Positions 1 through 10,010 of a stretch of 64,000 nucleotides of DNA are shown here, piece by piece. The stretch is from an uncultured virus (IMG/VR IMGVR_UViG_3300022555_000029) (taxonomy: Duplodnaviria; Heunggongvirae; Uroviricota; Caudoviricetes). Both the position numbers and the translations under genes were made by a program. Where the stretch lies: IMG/VR virus record IMGVR_UViG_3300022555_000029; one strand, given 5' to 3'. The notes beneath the pieces are model-generated. The model made no database searches and had not been told where the DNA came from. It worked only from the letters and a program-made list of their open reading frames with translations. Every line of letters starts with the position of its first letter. Within the stretch, counting starts at the first letter, position 1.

Positions 1-35
1 CTTAACAGTAGGTATATATTAAAAAGGAGGGTCAA

Positions 36-815
36 ATGTTTGTAAAAGAGGATATCGTGGAAATGCCCGTTAAGACCGCAAGCGGAATTCTTATTCCAGG
101 TCGAAAGGCAATCATCGATGCAACGGACAATCGTGTATTAGGAGTTGTCTCTTCCCGCTACAAAGTAATCAAAAACGAAGACTTGCTCAATGCTATAATT
201 CCTGTTGCTGAGGATATTGGCATGAAGTCAGAACCAATCGTTTCAAAAACCCGTGGTGGTTCAGTTACACTTTTTAGATTTACAAGTGAGAAAATAGCCG
301 GAGAAGTTCAAAAAGGAGACATCGTTCAGTTTGGTGTCGAATTCTTCAATAGCTATGATGGAAGCTATCCAGTAGGCTTTCATATTACGGCTATGCGTTT
401 AGTATGCCTGAACGGAATGGTCGTTCCAAGAAGTATCAAAGAACTATCGATTAGGCATATGAAAAGTGCATCGCCGATGGCTATCAAGCAAGAATTAGGT
501 AACTACTTCGGCAATACTCAAAATGCACTTGAAATCTGGAGGAAGTGGGCTAGTGAAAGACCAAAGCTCAGCAACGTGAAGACCTTTCTGCATGAAAATG
601 TAGGGCGGAGATTAGAGAAAGAGTTTACCAATAGATTCATATCCCTACCTGAACAAGAGCGAACAACTTGGTCGTTATACAACCTGCTCACTTATCACAT
701 TACACATACACTTAAAACAAGAAAAGCTGATACTAAGGTAATTAAGCAGTTTGAGCTTACGGAGTATTTAACGGACAGAATTAGTAGGTTTTCCGAAAGT
801 GGCGGAAAAAAATAA
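36..815 (+). CDS. DUF932-family phage protein
   Basis: LGVVSSRYKVIKN and NSYDGS...RLVCLNG motifs typical of DUF932; SD AGGAGG upstream. Confidence 0.8.
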   Translation: MFVKEDIVEMPVKTASGILIPGRKAIIDATDNRVLGVVSSRYKVIKNEDLLNAIIPVAEDIGMKSEPIVSKTRGGSVTLFRFTSEKIAGEVQKGDIVQFGVEFFNSYDGSYPVGFHITAMRLVCLNGMVVPRSIKELSIRHMKSASPMAIKQELGNYFGNTQNALEIWRKWASERPKLSNVKTFLHENVGRRLEKEFTNRFISLPEQERTTWSLYNLLTYHITHTLKTRKADTKVIKQFELTEYLTDRISRFSESGGKK

Positions 816-909
816 AAGAATTATTTAAAAAAAATAAAATATTTTTAGAAATTCTTATAACTTGATGCCTCTTACTAAGTTATAAATATTAAAAAATATT
901 AGTCTACCC

Positions 910-938
910 TTGATTTTTAATAAGAAATCATATATACT
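910..938 (+). promoter_or_regulatory. Sigma70-type early promoter
   Basis: TTGATT(910-915)-17 bp-TATACT(933-938) in an AT-rich intergenic gap before ORF 968. Confidence 0.65.
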
Positions 939-967
939 TATAGTAGAGGTTAGTAGAGGAGGATAAG

Positions 968-1162
968 ATGAAGACATATTTAGTTTACGTAACAAACGAT
1001 GGCAAAGTTCATACGAAGGTAGAAAGAAAGCAAAGTGATGTTGATAATTTAACTGTAAGATGTTTCACACATAAGGTTCTTGATTTCGTTGGAATAGATG
1101 CTAAAAACAGAGCGGACGCTTTGAAGATATTCAAAAAGCTCAAGGAGGAACAAAATGGTTAG
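968..1162 (+). CDS. Hypothetical early protein
   Basis: ORF with strong SD GAGGAGG. Confidence 0.6.
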   Translation: MKTYLVYVTNDGKVHTKVERKQSDVDNLTVRCFTHKVLDFVGIDAKNRADALKIFKKLKEEQNG

Positions 1163-1865
1163 AAAAACAGTAACGACATACGAAGTTCGTGGTTATTCAA
1201 AAAAGAGTAATGAGTATGATAAAAAAGTTAGCGTAAGTAACTGGGAAGTAAATTTTGAAGTGGATAATTGGGAAGATGCTCATCGTGTCGCTAAGCTTGC
1301 TAAGCTTACTAGTTATGGAATTATCGAAAACAAATGTGACGAAGAAGGGTATCACATAGGTGATAGAGATGGTAAACGTGTATTCGTTACTCCTGATGTT
1401 CTCGAATGGGAAGCTGAAGTAGTAAAACAAGAAAATGCAAATGAAGCTCGTAAGCAAGCTGCTATTCTAGCTATCAATGCTCTACCGAAAACTATTACCT
1501 TATACAAAGATGAAGAGTTTTTAATTACTGCTACTAGAGGAAGTGCTGGTGATAGTTACAGGGGGTTTGATATTAAGTATGATGCACAAATCAAATTCAA
1601 AGGTGCTAATTTTGAACACTTTAACAAATACTTAACTGACGGCTGGAATAGAAAGAATGGCATATTGAGAAAGAAGTTTGCTAAAGATGTTTATGACTAC
1701 AGCCATTCTAAAGACCGTTATAAGAAGGGATGGAGGGAATGGGAAGAGACCTTGAAGAATCTTCCTGAAGCTTATGTAGCAAAATATGGGGTAGTGCTTG
1801 AGACTGCTGTAAACGTACTCAAAGAAAATAACGCTAAGATAGATGCTTGTAAACTAGGAGTGTAA
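1155..1865 (+). CDS. Hypothetical early protein
   Basis: 236-aa ORF, SD AGGAGG; no motif recognised. Confidence 0.65.
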   Translation: MVRKTVTTYEVRGYSKKSNEYDKKVSVSNWEVNFEVDNWEDAHRVAKLAKLTSYGIIENKCDEEGYHIGDRDGKRVFVTPDVLEWEAEVVKQENANEARKQAAILAINALPKTITLYKDEEFLITATRGSAGDSYRGFDIKYDAQIKFKGANFEHFNKYLTDGWNRKNGILRKKFAKDVYDYSHSKDRYKKGWREWEETLKNLPEAYVAKYGVVLETAVNVLKENNAKIDACKLGV

Positions 1866-2112
1866 GATGAAAAAAGCAGTGAGAAAAATAGCTAAAGAAT
1901 TAGTAGAGCTTTACGAAGAATATCTCAGGAGACTAAAATGAAAAACTGTATCCTTTGCAATGAGCTAACTGAAGGTTCAGTAGGAGCAGCGGGGATAAAA
2001 TGGCCAAACATTTGCCAGCCCTGCAAGGATAAAGAAGATACAATTCTGGCAAATCGACTTGAAATCCAAGCTGTATTTACATCAGAATTGTTAAAAACTT
2101 TTGGGGTGAAAA

Positions 2113-2430
2113 ATGAACATAGCGCCAAGCCGTAAAGAGATTACAACTGAAATTAAAATCTTAGATAGACCATTCAAGGTTACTTTTGTAAGAGTAACAT
2201 TAATTGTGCATGATGCTAATTACGGGGCAGACGCAGATGGGCATAGGGGTACACCGATGACCTTTGTAGAAGAAGACTATGCTGAAAATATTTATCTCGG
2301 AGATAAAGCTTTGAAGGATTATGATAAAGATGTGCAAGAAAAAGTGCAAGCTGAAGTAGATGCTTGGCTTGAAGCAAATGAGCCACAAGACGAAGACAAC
2401 GAACCAGACATGGATGATATAGGCGACTAA
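2113..2430 (+). CDS. Acidic hypothetical protein
   Basis: ORF with a very acidic C-terminus; YGADADGHRG motif. Confidence 0.6.
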   Translation: MNIAPSRKEITTEIKILDRPFKVTFVRVTLIVHDANYGADADGHRGTPMTFVEEDYAENIYLGDKALKDYDKDVQEKVQAEVDAWLEANEPQDEDNEPDMDDIGD

Positions 2431-2448
2431 CACAAAAAAGGAGAAGAG

Positions 2449-2616
2449 ATGAAAAACAAACGGGGTCAAAATAGTACAATTCTAACCTTCAACGCTACAG
2501 CAGAGGAGAAAAAAATCTTTCTGAAAACTGTTAAGAAAGAAAATTATCACAATCTGTCTGAGTGGATTAGAAGGACGTTATTAGCGAGAGTTGAGGCGGT
2601 AGAGAAAGGGGTGTAA
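2449..2616 (+). CDS. Small ribbon-helix-helix-like DNA-binding protein (not in ORF track)
   Basis: SD AAGGAG; MKNKRGQNSTILTFNATAEEKKIFLKTVKKENYHNLSEWIRRTLL has a beta-alpha-alpha pattern with LSEWIR. Confidence 0.5.
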   Translation: MKNKRGQNSTILTFNATAEEKKIFLKTVKKENYHNLSEWIRRTLLARVEAVEKGV

Positions 2617-2617
2617 G

Positions 2618-2989
2618 ATGGAGAAGCAATATAAAGAATTCTCAGACCTGACAGAACTGAAACAAGCTAACTTTCAGGAATTGATAACAATTCAGCGGGC
2701 AATCATTCAGAAAGAAGCTGAACTGGATAATCTGCAGACTGAGAAAAAAAGCATTGCTCAGAAACTTATCAGCTACCTTGAAAAGAGCGACTATAAAGGT
2801 ATAAGGCAAGACAAGATAATCGCCTACCTGCAGTCCTTTACGAGAGGTGTGCCATCGTTCTGGGAAGTTTATAATAAAATCTTCTCCGAGCTGTGTAACG
2901 AAGACAAAGCTAAACTAACTAATACCTATACTGATTTAAGTGCAAGCAAGGAAAAAGTCACAGGGTTAGTAGTGAGGGGGGTAGCATGA
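2618..2989 (+). CDS. Hypothetical coiled-coil protein
   Basis: 123-aa ORF abutting the previous gene. Confidence 0.55.
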   Translation: MEKQYKEFSDLTELKQANFQELITIQRAIIQKEAELDNLQTEKKSIAQKLISYLEKSDYKGIRQDKIIAYLQSFTRGVPSFWEVYNKIFSELCNEDKAKLTNTYTDLSASKEKVTGLVVRGVA

Positions 2990-3304
2990 CAGAACCAGAA
3001 AAAGAATTGCTGATTGAGATGATGGCAAACATCGATGATATTGTTCAACTACTCACACCTGAGCAAAAAGAAAAAGCAAGAAGGTGTACAAATAAGATTC
3101 AAGGTAATTACAATAATCTGCTAGAAGGAGTAGTTCGAAGATGAGAATAGTAAAAAGAGAATCAAAGAAAATTCCTGTTCTTGTAAAGTTATATCCTTTC
3201 TGTACTTGGTTTATCAGTTTGATTGGCAAATGCTTTAAGAAACAAAAGACAACTCAAAACAGTTGTACATTTTACAAAGGCTTTCCTAAATCTGAGGAGG
3301 AATA

Positions 3305-3496
3305 ATGCCTAAAACTACAGTAAAAGTAAAATTGACAGGTGAAGACGGAAATGCTTTCTTTATTTTGGGTAGAGTATCAAGTGCGTTAAAAAGGGAAGGG
3401 CATCCTGAACTAGCTAAAGAGTTTATAAAGGAAGCAATTAAAGGTGATTATGACCATTTATTGCAAACTGTTATGGAGTATGTAGAAACAGAATAA
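3305..3496 (+). CDS. Small phage protein (GEDGNAF motif)
   Basis: KLTGEDGNAFFILGRV...GDYDHLL pattern recalled from small phage proteins; SD GAGGAGG. Confidence 0.6.
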   Translation: MPKTTVKVKLTGEDGNAFFILGRVSSALKREGHPELAKEFIKEAIKGDYDHLLQTVMEYVETE

Positions 3497-4177
3497 AGGA
3501 GGAAGAATGGGTGCACCCTGGCACGCAGCAAGACCGTATCTAATGAATTTGGCTGACGGTACCTATGGAAAAGTAGGTACTAAAATTACCATCACTGAAA
3601 CTATGCAGGAGAATATTAAATATGTTTTAGAGCAGTTGGATTTCTGGCATAAACGAACTACGGAAGTTGTTGATGAAAATGCTCGTCTTCAAGAAGAGAA
3701 TAGAAAACTAGAAGATAAATTACAAAAAGCAGTTGCAGCAGAAGAGTTAGTTGCACTGCTAAATAAAATTATAGATTAAGGAGGTAGGTATGACAAGAAA
3801 ACAACATATAGCTAGGCATAAAAAATTGCATAAATGTTTGGATGAATTATTAGCTGATTGGTTATCGCATACTGGAAAGTTTCTTACTAAAACTACAGTA
3901 ATGGAGTTTCTACAGTGGAGTTTTAGACAAACTAAAAATCCAACTGAAAGGAAAAAATGATTGATATTGCTGTGCTTACAGAAGAAGATATTGGTAGATG
4001 GGTTGTGTATACAGCTTCACATGGAACTACTGAAAAGGGCAGAATTAAATCTTGGAATGATACTTTTATCTTTGTAGTATACAAATGTGCTGGACAATGG
4101 GATAGATTTTTAGATTTTACTGGGTGTGCTACTAATCCTGAAGATTTACGATATACCACGAAAGGAGAATTAATCTA

Positions 4178-4672
4178 ATGGCATATATACCAATTCCAAA
4201 GATTATGAAGAGTTACGGGAAAAGACTTTCAAAGTTGAATCAGAAGGTATTGGAGTTGAGATTTTATTGGGAAAAACGTGCAGTTGAGAGGGACCAAGTA
4301 ACCCGTAAAGTTAAGGAACTCCAGTTGACAATTGGAAGATTGCAGACACTCGAAAAAGGTTTAGCTGAATTGATGCAACGTAAGTACTTTACTATTCATG
4401 CAAGTCACAAAACTGCCCAAGGCGACCAATGCTACCCACTCTTCCTTACCCAGAATGATTGCAATCGCTTAAAACAGCTCCTACGTAGACCACGAAGACT
4501 TGTACATAAAATACCAGGTAAACACCTGTTCTGGCTTTCTCAAAATGAATATGTTAAAGTAAGAAAATTCTTTAAACAGGATTGGAGATTCAAAATAACA
4601 ACTAAAAGGAGACTCAAAGCAACTAAAAGGAGAAGAAGATGGGTGAGCAGAAGAAGTTTAGAAATTCAATAG
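4178..4672 (+). CDS. Highly basic hypothetical protein
   Basis: Arg/Lys-rich ORF. Confidence 0.55.
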   Translation: MAYIPIPKIMKSYGKRLSKLNQKVLELRFYWEKRAVERDQVTRKVKELQLTIGRLQTLEKGLAELMQRKYFTIHASHKTAQGDQCYPLFLTQNDCNRLKQLLRRPRRLVHKIPGKHLFWLSQNEYVKVRKFFKQDWRFKITTKRRLKATKRRRRWVSRRSLEIQ

Positions 4673-4826
4673 CCAGGACAAACGGGGAAGGTGGGTTTGA
4701 TATGACTTGCCCGTACAAAGATTGTGGGCATCGTATTCGTAAGCAAACAATGAGCCCAGGTGAGATTATAGGATGCGGAAATTGTCGTAAGAAGATAAAA
4801 GTAGAAAAAGTCTATTAGGAGGAAAA

Positions 4827-5018
4827 ATGAACGCTGGAACAAAGACAATGCTGCGAACTGCTGGACTTGGTAAATACGTTGACAAAATCGAAGCTGGCTT
4901 TTGCCCGACTTGCGGAAAGCCTGTTGCGAAAGAAGATTTCAGAGATGCTCTAAGCGTCAAAGAATTCGAAATCAACGGCATGTGCCAGGATTGCCAAGAC
5001 GAAGTCCGCACATTTTAA
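4827..5018 (+). CDS. Small zinc-finger protein
   Basis: CPTCG...GMCQDCQD; SD AGGAGG. Confidence 0.6.
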   Translation: MNAGTKTMLRTAGLGKYVDKIEAGFCPTCGKPVAKEDFRDALSVKEFEINGMCQDCQDEVRTF

Positions 5019-5025
5019 AAATAGT

Positions 5026-5070
5026 TGAACTATTTTAAAAGAAAAGTCATTCTATCTACTAGTATATTAT
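5026..5070 (+). promoter_or_regulatory. Repeated phage promoter motif, copy 1
   Basis: TGAACTATTTTAAAAGAAAAGTCATTCTATCTACTAGTATATTAT; near-identical to three other intergenic copies. Confidence 0.75.
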
Positions 5071-5243
5071 GTTACTAGTAAGTTAGTTTTTTTATAGTAG
5101 CAGTACTGATTTTAGTAGTTGAAGGTACAGTTGGAGATTGATTCAACGTTTAGCAAGTAGGCGAAACGATTGTGGTAGTTTACACAGTTGGATACCTGAG
5201 CTTTACTACTAGGGGTTGTTCTCGGGGGTACTTATTTTAATTC

Positions 5244-5270
5244 CAGCGAGGTAGAAATCGTACCTCGCTG
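5244..5270 (+). terminator. Perfect 10-bp hairpin (terminator-like or RNA 3' stem)
   Basis: CAGCGAGGTA-GAAATCG-TACCTCGCTG; only a weak U-tract follows. Confidence 0.5.
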
Positions 5271-5313
5271 ATACTCTTTCGTTACACTCTTCAAACCTCG
5301 TTTCAAAAATAAA

Positions 5314-5358
5314 TGAACTATTTTAAAAGAAAAGTCATTCTATTTACTGGTATATAAT
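5314..5358 (+). promoter_or_regulatory. Repeated phage promoter motif, copy 2
   Basis: TGAACTATTTTAAAAGAAAAGTCATTCTATTTACTGGTATATAAT, directly upstream of the replication operon. Confidence 0.8.
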
Positions 5359-5367
5359 GAGGGGTCA

Positions 5368-6120
5368 ATGTATTCAACACTTTTATATCAAAAAATTAGC
5401 AATTTAGCTAGATTTAGAAAAGTCATCATTGAAAATCAACCAAAACACAAGAAGAAACTAGATTGTGCTACAAACAAATTAAAAAAGCTTTCTGTCGAGT
5501 TGTCTCAGCCTCTGCTCTTGTTAATCAATGCATATGCAGATTATTATGTAGGCTTGTTCAAACAAAATACACTTCATTCAGTCTATGCTAAGATTGATGA
5601 ATTCATATTGCTTTCAAATTTTGAAACATTAGTCAAGTTTACAAACCAAGATGTAGAACTTGCTGAAGAAGTGGACAAGTGCTGGAATACGATGAATGGC
5701 GTCTTATCAAAAGACTTACCTTTTACATTGCATAATCAGATTACAGCTAGTGGTATACAGTTGATGAAAAATACATTCTTTAGGCATACTACAAACTTCA
5801 TTCACTTTTGCTTTGTTGCTAAGTTTGTGGAAGCAAATCGTTTATCTTATCCGAGAATATCAGGCTTACAAGAATTCTTTATCCATTTACCAATTGTTAC
5901 AAAATTTTCCCGCGACTATAGTATTACAGAGTATATTGCCCCAGATGCTAGTTTAGACAAGTATTATCGGGCAATTTATGACGATATTAATAAGGAGGCT
6001 AGGCTACCAAAATTTCTTTCTTTGATGCATCCTGGCATGCTGAATGTAGTTCAAAAAAGTACAATGTGGGGTGCACAAGCAGCAGTAGAATATTTAAAAA
6101 ACTATGACCAAGCTCATTAG
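5368..6120 (+). CDS. Hypothetical protein, possible replication initiator or loader partner
   Basis: 250-aa ORF overlapping the DnaC-like gene; function inferred from position only. Confidence 0.45.
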   Translation: MYSTLLYQKISNLARFRKVIIENQPKHKKKLDCATNKLKKLSVELSQPLLLLINAYADYYVGLFKQNTLHSVYAKIDEFILLSNFETLVKFTNQDVELAEEVDKCWNTMNGVLSKDLPFTLHNQITASGIQLMKNTFFRHTTNFIHFCFVAKFVEANRLSYPRISGLQEFFIHLPIVTKFSRDYSITEYIAPDASLDKYYRAIYDDINKEARLPKFLSLMHPGMLNVVQKSTMWGAQAAVEYLKNYDQAH

Positions 6121-6775
6121 CCCGTTTAGTACTATTGAAAGCTCACCAATCATTTCTGGAATACCAGCCTACCATACTAATTCACATTTGCACAACTTCG
6201 TAAATAAATACAAAGAAAAAGACAAACAGAATGAATTCCTACCACAACTGGAAGCTGTTGTACAAACTATGCTCGAATTGGACCTCAAAAAGTCTCCTCG
6301 ATATGTGGTACTGTGTGGGCATGTAGGTAGTGGAAAAACACATTTTCTAGTAGGTTTGTACAGAGCGCTTAGCCAAAAAATAGGTTACACTCAGGGTGAC
6401 GGAGCCTTCTTTACTACATTTGCCTACTTGGCTGAGGAGATAATTGGTATGTTTGCACAAGACATTCCATTGCGGACAGCATTGGCTACATATGTGCAAC
6501 CGCGATGGTTGTTCATCGACGACTTTACTTCAAGTGAAAGAATCTTCAAACAAAACTCACTTGAGTTCAATGTATTCAGAGATATCTTGATTGACAGATT
6601 TGAAAACAATTTTGTACTAGTTACAACTTGTAACCTAGCAGCAATCAATTTTATGGAAGCAATGGACAAGCTTTTTGGGTCTTACATCACTTCGAGATTG
6701 AGTGCAAGCTCCGTGATAGAATTTCCTGAGGTAGACTTACGAAAGGTATACACACCTATAAAGAAGGGGGAGTAG
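6104..6775 (+). CDS. DnaC/IstB-like AAA+ helicase loader
   Basis: Walker A GHVGSGKTH, Walker B LFIDD, DRFEN...VTTCN, SRL. Confidence 0.85.
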   Translation: MTKLISPFSTIESSPIISGIPAYHTNSHLHNFVNKYKEKDKQNEFLPQLEAVVQTMLELDLKKSPRYVVLCGHVGSGKTHFLVGLYRALSQKIGYTQGDGAFFTTFAYLAEEIIGMFAQDIPLRTALATYVQPRWLFIDDFTSSERIFKQNSLEFNVFRDILIDRFENNFVLVTTCNLAAINFMEAMDKLFGSYITSRLSASSVIEFPEVDLRKVYTPIKKGE

Positions 6776-7090
6776 ATGGCTAAGCAAATGATGATTGTGG
6801 AAGTAACGTTGAAGAATTATCCCAAGATACTACATTCCCTAGTGACTTCTTTACTAGCTGATTTGACGTCTAAAGAAGCTACTATGCAGAATCCTTCAAT
6901 AGCTGTGACTACTACTGTAATGTTGACTGATACGCTTGTGTATGCTGCTGGTGTAGTAGGATTGACTGTATCAGAACTTCCACAAGAACTTCGAGCACCT
7001 GCTGTAAAGAAAATGTTGGACTTATTTGAAAAAGCAATTCTTCGTGCTGTTTCGGATATGGACAAAAAACGAAAGGATTTTGGCGTATGA
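6776..7090 (+). CDS. Hypothetical protein
   Basis: Translationally coupled ORF within the operon. Confidence 0.55.
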   Translation: MAKQMMIVEVTLKNYPKILHSLVTSLLADLTSKEATMQNPSIAVTTTVMLTDTLVYAAGVVGLTVSELPQELRAPAVKKMLDLFEKAILRAVSDMDKKRKDFGV

Positions 7091-8382
7091 ATTGGAAAAT
7101 TTTCTTTCGAGTTTTCTTAACAGAAAAAGACATCTTCTTTGAATTCATTCCGTTGATTGACGAAAGCATATTCAAAAACAACGTAATGACGAATGTGTTT
7201 ATTCTAATCAGAAAGTTCTTTGGGAAGTATAAAAAGTTGCCTACGATAGACATCTTAACACTCTTTCTTGAAAAAATGCCTACACTTGAAAAAGAAAATC
7301 TTTCAGAGTATACAGACTTCTTGAAGGAGATTGAAGAGTTAAAAGTAGACATCGATTTAGAGGCATTCAAAGACGAACTGCTACGCGTAATTAAAAACTA
7401 CGAAGTTGAAAAATTTATTCTGAAAACAGCTAATAAAATCGAGCATGTTTCATTTGAAGAGATTCTTACAGATGTCAGAGAAATAGCAACTAAGTTTGAG
7501 CCAAAAAGTGCAGGCGTAGATGTAACAAATGTAGAGCGGGCAATTAAACAGATTCGGCATGATGTCCAAGATAAAGTTACTACAGGAATGGCAAGTCTTG
7601 ATAAACTGTTGTATGGTGGATTTGGAATAGGTGAGATTTGTATCCTGATGGCTCCAGCAGGAAGAGGAAAAAGTTTCTGGTTGCTCAACAGTATGTATGG
7701 AGCTATGCTTTCACAGAAAAATACTTTGTACATTACTTTTGAGTTATATGAAAGGTCGGTGCTTAGAAGACTATACGGTAGAATTGCATACGCCTCAAAA
7801 AAGGACTTACAAGATGAAGAGCAGATAACAAAATCAGCAAACAGATTTTTTACACTAGCAAAAGCTAAAAGTAGAATCATCTATGCACCTTCAAGGTCGA
7901 TGACAGTTGAGGGTATCGAAGCTATGTTGGAACAACAACATATCTATTTTGACTTTGTCCCAGATATAATCTTTGTGGACTACTTGGATTTAATCTCACC
8001 ACGAGCTTCTGATATGCGTATGGAAATGAGGCATAGACTACAGGCAATAACAGAAGACTTACGTTCTTTAGCAGTTCGGAGAAATATTCCCGTAGTAACT
8101 GTTACACAGGCAAGTAGGTCAAGTTTGAATAAAATTAAAATAACGGAAGCTCATATAGCTGAATCATATGGAAAAGTTATGGTTTCAGACATCTTACTTG
8201 CATTGTGCCAAACAGATGAAGAAAAGCAGTTGAATAGGGCTAGAATCGCAGTCTTAAAAAACAGAGATTACGTTTCAGGGGGCTGTATAGAAGTCTATGT
8301 AGACTTTGCCAAAATGATGCTACTTGATTTAGAGTTAGCTGGAAAAATGGGAATGCTAGAAGTACCAGAGGGGGCAAAATGA
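7087..8382 (+). CDS. Replicative SF4 (DnaB/gp41-like) helicase
   Basis: APAGRGKS, IFVDYLDLI, VTVTQASR, IAESYGK, LKNR. Confidence 0.92.
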   Translation: MNWKIFFRVFLTEKDIFFEFIPLIDESIFKNNVMTNVFILIRKFFGKYKKLPTIDILTLFLEKMPTLEKENLSEYTDFLKEIEELKVDIDLEAFKDELLRVIKNYEVEKFILKTANKIEHVSFEEILTDVREIATKFEPKSAGVDVTNVERAIKQIRHDVQDKVTTGMASLDKLLYGGFGIGEICILMAPAGRGKSFWLLNSMYGAMLSQKNTLYITFELYERSVLRRLYGRIAYASKKDLQDEEQITKSANRFFTLAKAKSRIIYAPSRSMTVEGIEAMLEQQHIYFDFVPDIIFVDYLDLISPRASDMRMEMRHRLQAITEDLRSLAVRRNIPVVTVTQASRSSLNKIKITEAHIAESYGKVMVSDILLALCQTDEEKQLNRARIAVLKNRDYVSGGCIEVYVDFAKMMLLDLELAGKMGMLEVPEGAK

Positions 8383-9062
8383 TTGGTTGGAGTAAAGGAC
8401 TAACTAAAGAGACTGATGCTCGAATTGCGGCTGCTAGTTTAGTTCATAGTGAAACTCTGAAAAAGAATCATTTTATGAGAGGTAAAACTTATGAAGAATT
8501 ATACGGAATTGAAAAAGCACATAAACTTCTAGAACGTAGAAAGAGTAGAAAACTTTCAACTGAAACCAAGATAGGAATAAGTAATTATGTTAGAAATCTT
8601 TATCAAAACCCAGAATATAAACAGAGGCATATTGAAGGTGCAAAAAGGTCTTGGGTGAATGCAGAAAATAGAAAAATAAAACAACGTGCTTGGGCTAGAA
8701 GTATTGCTAGGAGTGGTGCTGAACATTGGAATTGGCAAGGCGGTATTTCAGCTGGAGAATATCCTTTAGGATGGACAATAACTTTTAAAGAACAAATAAG
8801 ATATCGAGATGGATATAAATGTCAAATTTGTGGGTGTTCAGAAGTAGAAAATTGTAGAAGATTATCTATTCATCATATAGATTATGATAAAGATAATTTA
8901 CATCCAGATAATCTGGTATCTTTATGCATTAGATGCCATACAAAAACTAATCATAACAGGGAATATTGGAAAGGAGTATTTCTATGGAGGTCGATGTCGA
9001 CTTTTTGGTCAATATTCTTTCAAGTAAGTTGGGCGATGTCAAGCAAGCTAGAGACCAGTTAA
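8379..9062 (+). CDS. Free-standing HNH homing endonuclease
   Basis: WSKGLTKET motif; RDGYKCQICG...IHHIDYDK.N...NLVSLC..CH. Confidence 0.88.
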   Translation: MIGWSKGLTKETDARIAAASLVHSETLKKNHFMRGKTYEELYGIEKAHKLLERRKSRKLSTETKIGISNYVRNLYQNPEYKQRHIEGAKRSWVNAENRKIKQRAWARSIARSGAEHWNWQGGISAGEYPLGWTITFKEQIRYRDGYKCQICGCSEVENCRRLSIHHIDYDKDNLHPDNLVSLCIRCHTKTNHNREYWKGVFLWRSMSTFWSIFFQVSWAMSSKLETS

Positions 9063-9874
9063 AAGTTAAAGTCTGCCCAAGTTGTGGAAATGACCATTGG
9101 AATTTTGAAGTTAGTGTAAGTCTGGGCGTAGGTCATTGCTGGATTTGCGATTTTGGGTGCTCACTTAACAAGCTCTTTCGACTTTTAGGAGTTTCTTATG
9201 AAGGTGGAGAAAATTGGAAGATAACTAAAAAAGAGTTACCAAAAGAATTGTTGGAGTTGAGTAAAACTGGTAAAATACGGTTTTCAGATTACAAGAGATT
9301 TTTTACTGCAAAAGGGGTTGAGGAAGCTGATATACTAACGTATAGATTTAGAATTGGAACTTCAGGGAAGCACCAAGGAAAATTAGTCATACCTCTTTAT
9401 GAAGGAGGTACTTTAGTCTATATTGTGGGAAGAGACTTAACGATAAAAGGTAGATATTACAATATAGCTATTGAAAAGATTGCTGTCTTACCGTATTATT
9501 TAGGTACTACGTCAAAATACACTTTGTATCTTTGCGAGGGTGCGTTCGATGCTATTGCAATCAACAAGCTTGGGTTTTCAGCTGGCGTTCTACTCGGAAC
9601 GAATTTATCTCATGACCAGGTTAAAAAGATAAAGATATTCGGATTCAAAGAAGTAGTTGTATGCCTTGATGGAGACGCACTTGTCAAAGCATTCAAAATG
9701 TATGACGAGCTTGTACAGAGTGGAATAAAAACTAAGATTGTTGTTCTCAAGAAGCCTGATGACCCAAATGACCTTTTTGTCAAAAACAAAGCTAAACTAC
9801 TTGACTTATTGAGCAATCCTGTAGAACTTACTTTTTACGAGAGAATGAAAGAAAAGATATGCCATGCTAAGTAA
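8984..9874 (+). CDS. DNA primase (Zn finger + TOPRIM)
   Basis: CPSCG/CWIC zinc finger, CEGAFDA, CLDGDA, DDPND; SD AAGGAG before ATG 8984. Confidence 0.9.
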   Translation: MEVDVDFLVNILSSKLGDVKQARDQLKVKVCPSCGNDHWNFEVSVSLGVGHCWICDFGCSLNKLFRLLGVSYEGGENWKITKKELPKELLELSKTGKIRFSDYKRFFTAKGVEEADILTYRFRIGTSGKHQGKLVIPLYEGGTLVYIVGRDLTIKGRYYNIAIEKIAVLPYYLGTTSKYTLYLCEGAFDAIAINKLGFSAGVLLGTNLSHDQVKKIKIFGFKEVVVCLDGDALVKAFKMYDELVQSGIKTKIVVLKKPDDPNDLFVKNKAKLLDLLSNPVELTFYERMKEKICHAK

Positions 9875-10010
9875 TTTACTTATAAAGTTGCTCTTAGTAG
9901 AATATCTTGTTATAGCTGTCGTGTGTATTTTTGAAGGTAATTGGCCTAGGGTTACTTATTGGATAAGTGCAAGTGGTTTACAAATAGCAATACTTTGGGG
10001 AATGAGATGA
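9864..10010 (+). CDS. Small membrane protein (not in ORF track)
   Basis: 48-aa hydrophobic ORF filling the gap, ATGA-coupled to the helicase. Confidence 0.45.
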   Translation: MLSNLLIKLLLVEYLVIAVVCIFEGNWPRVTYWISASGLQIAILWGMR

